The position numbers and the translations under genes were made by a program. 17,876 nt of DNA from Octopus sinensis (Eukaryota), in NCBI RefSeq assembly GCF_006345805.1, contig NW_021824642.1, positions 1-17,876 of the forward strand. Reading direction: 5' to 3'. Positions 17,331 through 17,876 of this stretch are shown one piece after another. The notes under the pieces were generated by a model. The model worked only from the letters and a program-made list of their open reading frames with translations, was not told the origin of the DNA and did no database searches. How positions within the stretch are numbered: the first letter of the stretch is position 1; the number at the start of each line of letters is the position of its first letter.

Positions 17331-17828
17331 CCACATATAATACCTCACGTGCCCAACTCTCTTCACATATAATACCTCTCGTGCCCACCTCTCTTCACAT
17401 ACAATACCTCGTGCCCAACTCTCTTCACATATAATACCTCTCGTGCCCAACTTTTCTCCACATACAATGCCTCGTGCCCAGCTTTCTCCACATATAATAG
17501 CTCTCGTGCCCAACTTTTCTCCACATACAATACCTCATGCCCAACTTTCTCCACATATAATACCTCTCGTGCCTAACTTTTCTCCACATACAATACCTCG
17601 TGCCCAACTTTTCCCCACATATAATACCTCTCGTGCCCAGCTTTCTCCACATATAATAGCTCTCATGCCCAACTTTTTCCATATACAATACCTCGTGCCC
17701 AACTTTTTCCACATACAATACCTTGTGCCCAACTTTTCTCCACATACAATACCTAATGCCCAACTTTTCTCCACATATAATACCTCTCATGCCTAACTTT
17801 TCTCTGCATATAATGCCTCTTGTGCCTA
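17316..17828. repeat. 30-33-bp minisatellite, ~16 units
   Basis: Unit gtgcccaacttttctccacata(t/c)aatacct(ct)c with starts at 17316, 17349, 17381, 17411, 17443, 17474, 17506, 17537, 17569, 17600, 17633, 17665, 17695, 17725, 17756, 17789, 17822. Confidence 0.95.
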
Positions 17829-17876
17829 AATATTTACACAAACATATATACATGTGTCACACACATATACACACTA

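Noticed and set aside
17096-17853. Repetitive ORFs (EKLGTRGIICG, PNFSPH) as a repeat protein
   Set aside because: Unit lengths of 30-33 bp shift the frame continually; the origin is an RTE-derived minisatellite.

Overview
Repeat-saturated, non-genic eukaryotic DNA. I found no supportable host gene, RNA gene or CRISPR array. The repeat repertoire resembles that of octopus/cephalopod genomes, which is an inference from recognition rather than a database result. Contents: (1) About a dozen copies or fragments of a modular tRNA-derived SINE ('SINE-A': tRNA head, CORE-like body, internal TA/TG microsatellite, right module). (2) A second tRNA-derived SINE ('SINE-B') with a Deu/Nin-like core, present as monomers, a dimer and a trimer, with at least two alternative 3' tails. 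(3) Decayed 3' fragments of RTE-clade and R4/Dong-clade LINEs that still translate to recognisable C-termini. (4) A mariner-derived MITE split by a SINE. (5) A 400-bp non-autonomous Helitron. (6) A 139-bp tandem array made from the terminus of a non-coding element. (7) A ~32-bp minisatellite amplified from RTE coding sequence. (8) Long di- and trinucleotide tracts. The listed ORFs are essentially all by-products of these repeats. I found no convincing novel gene system. The most interesting signals concern how these elements multimerise, swap tails and seed satellites. SINE-A, SINE-B and element D are my working labels. Coordinates were read by hand and are approximate to a few bases.
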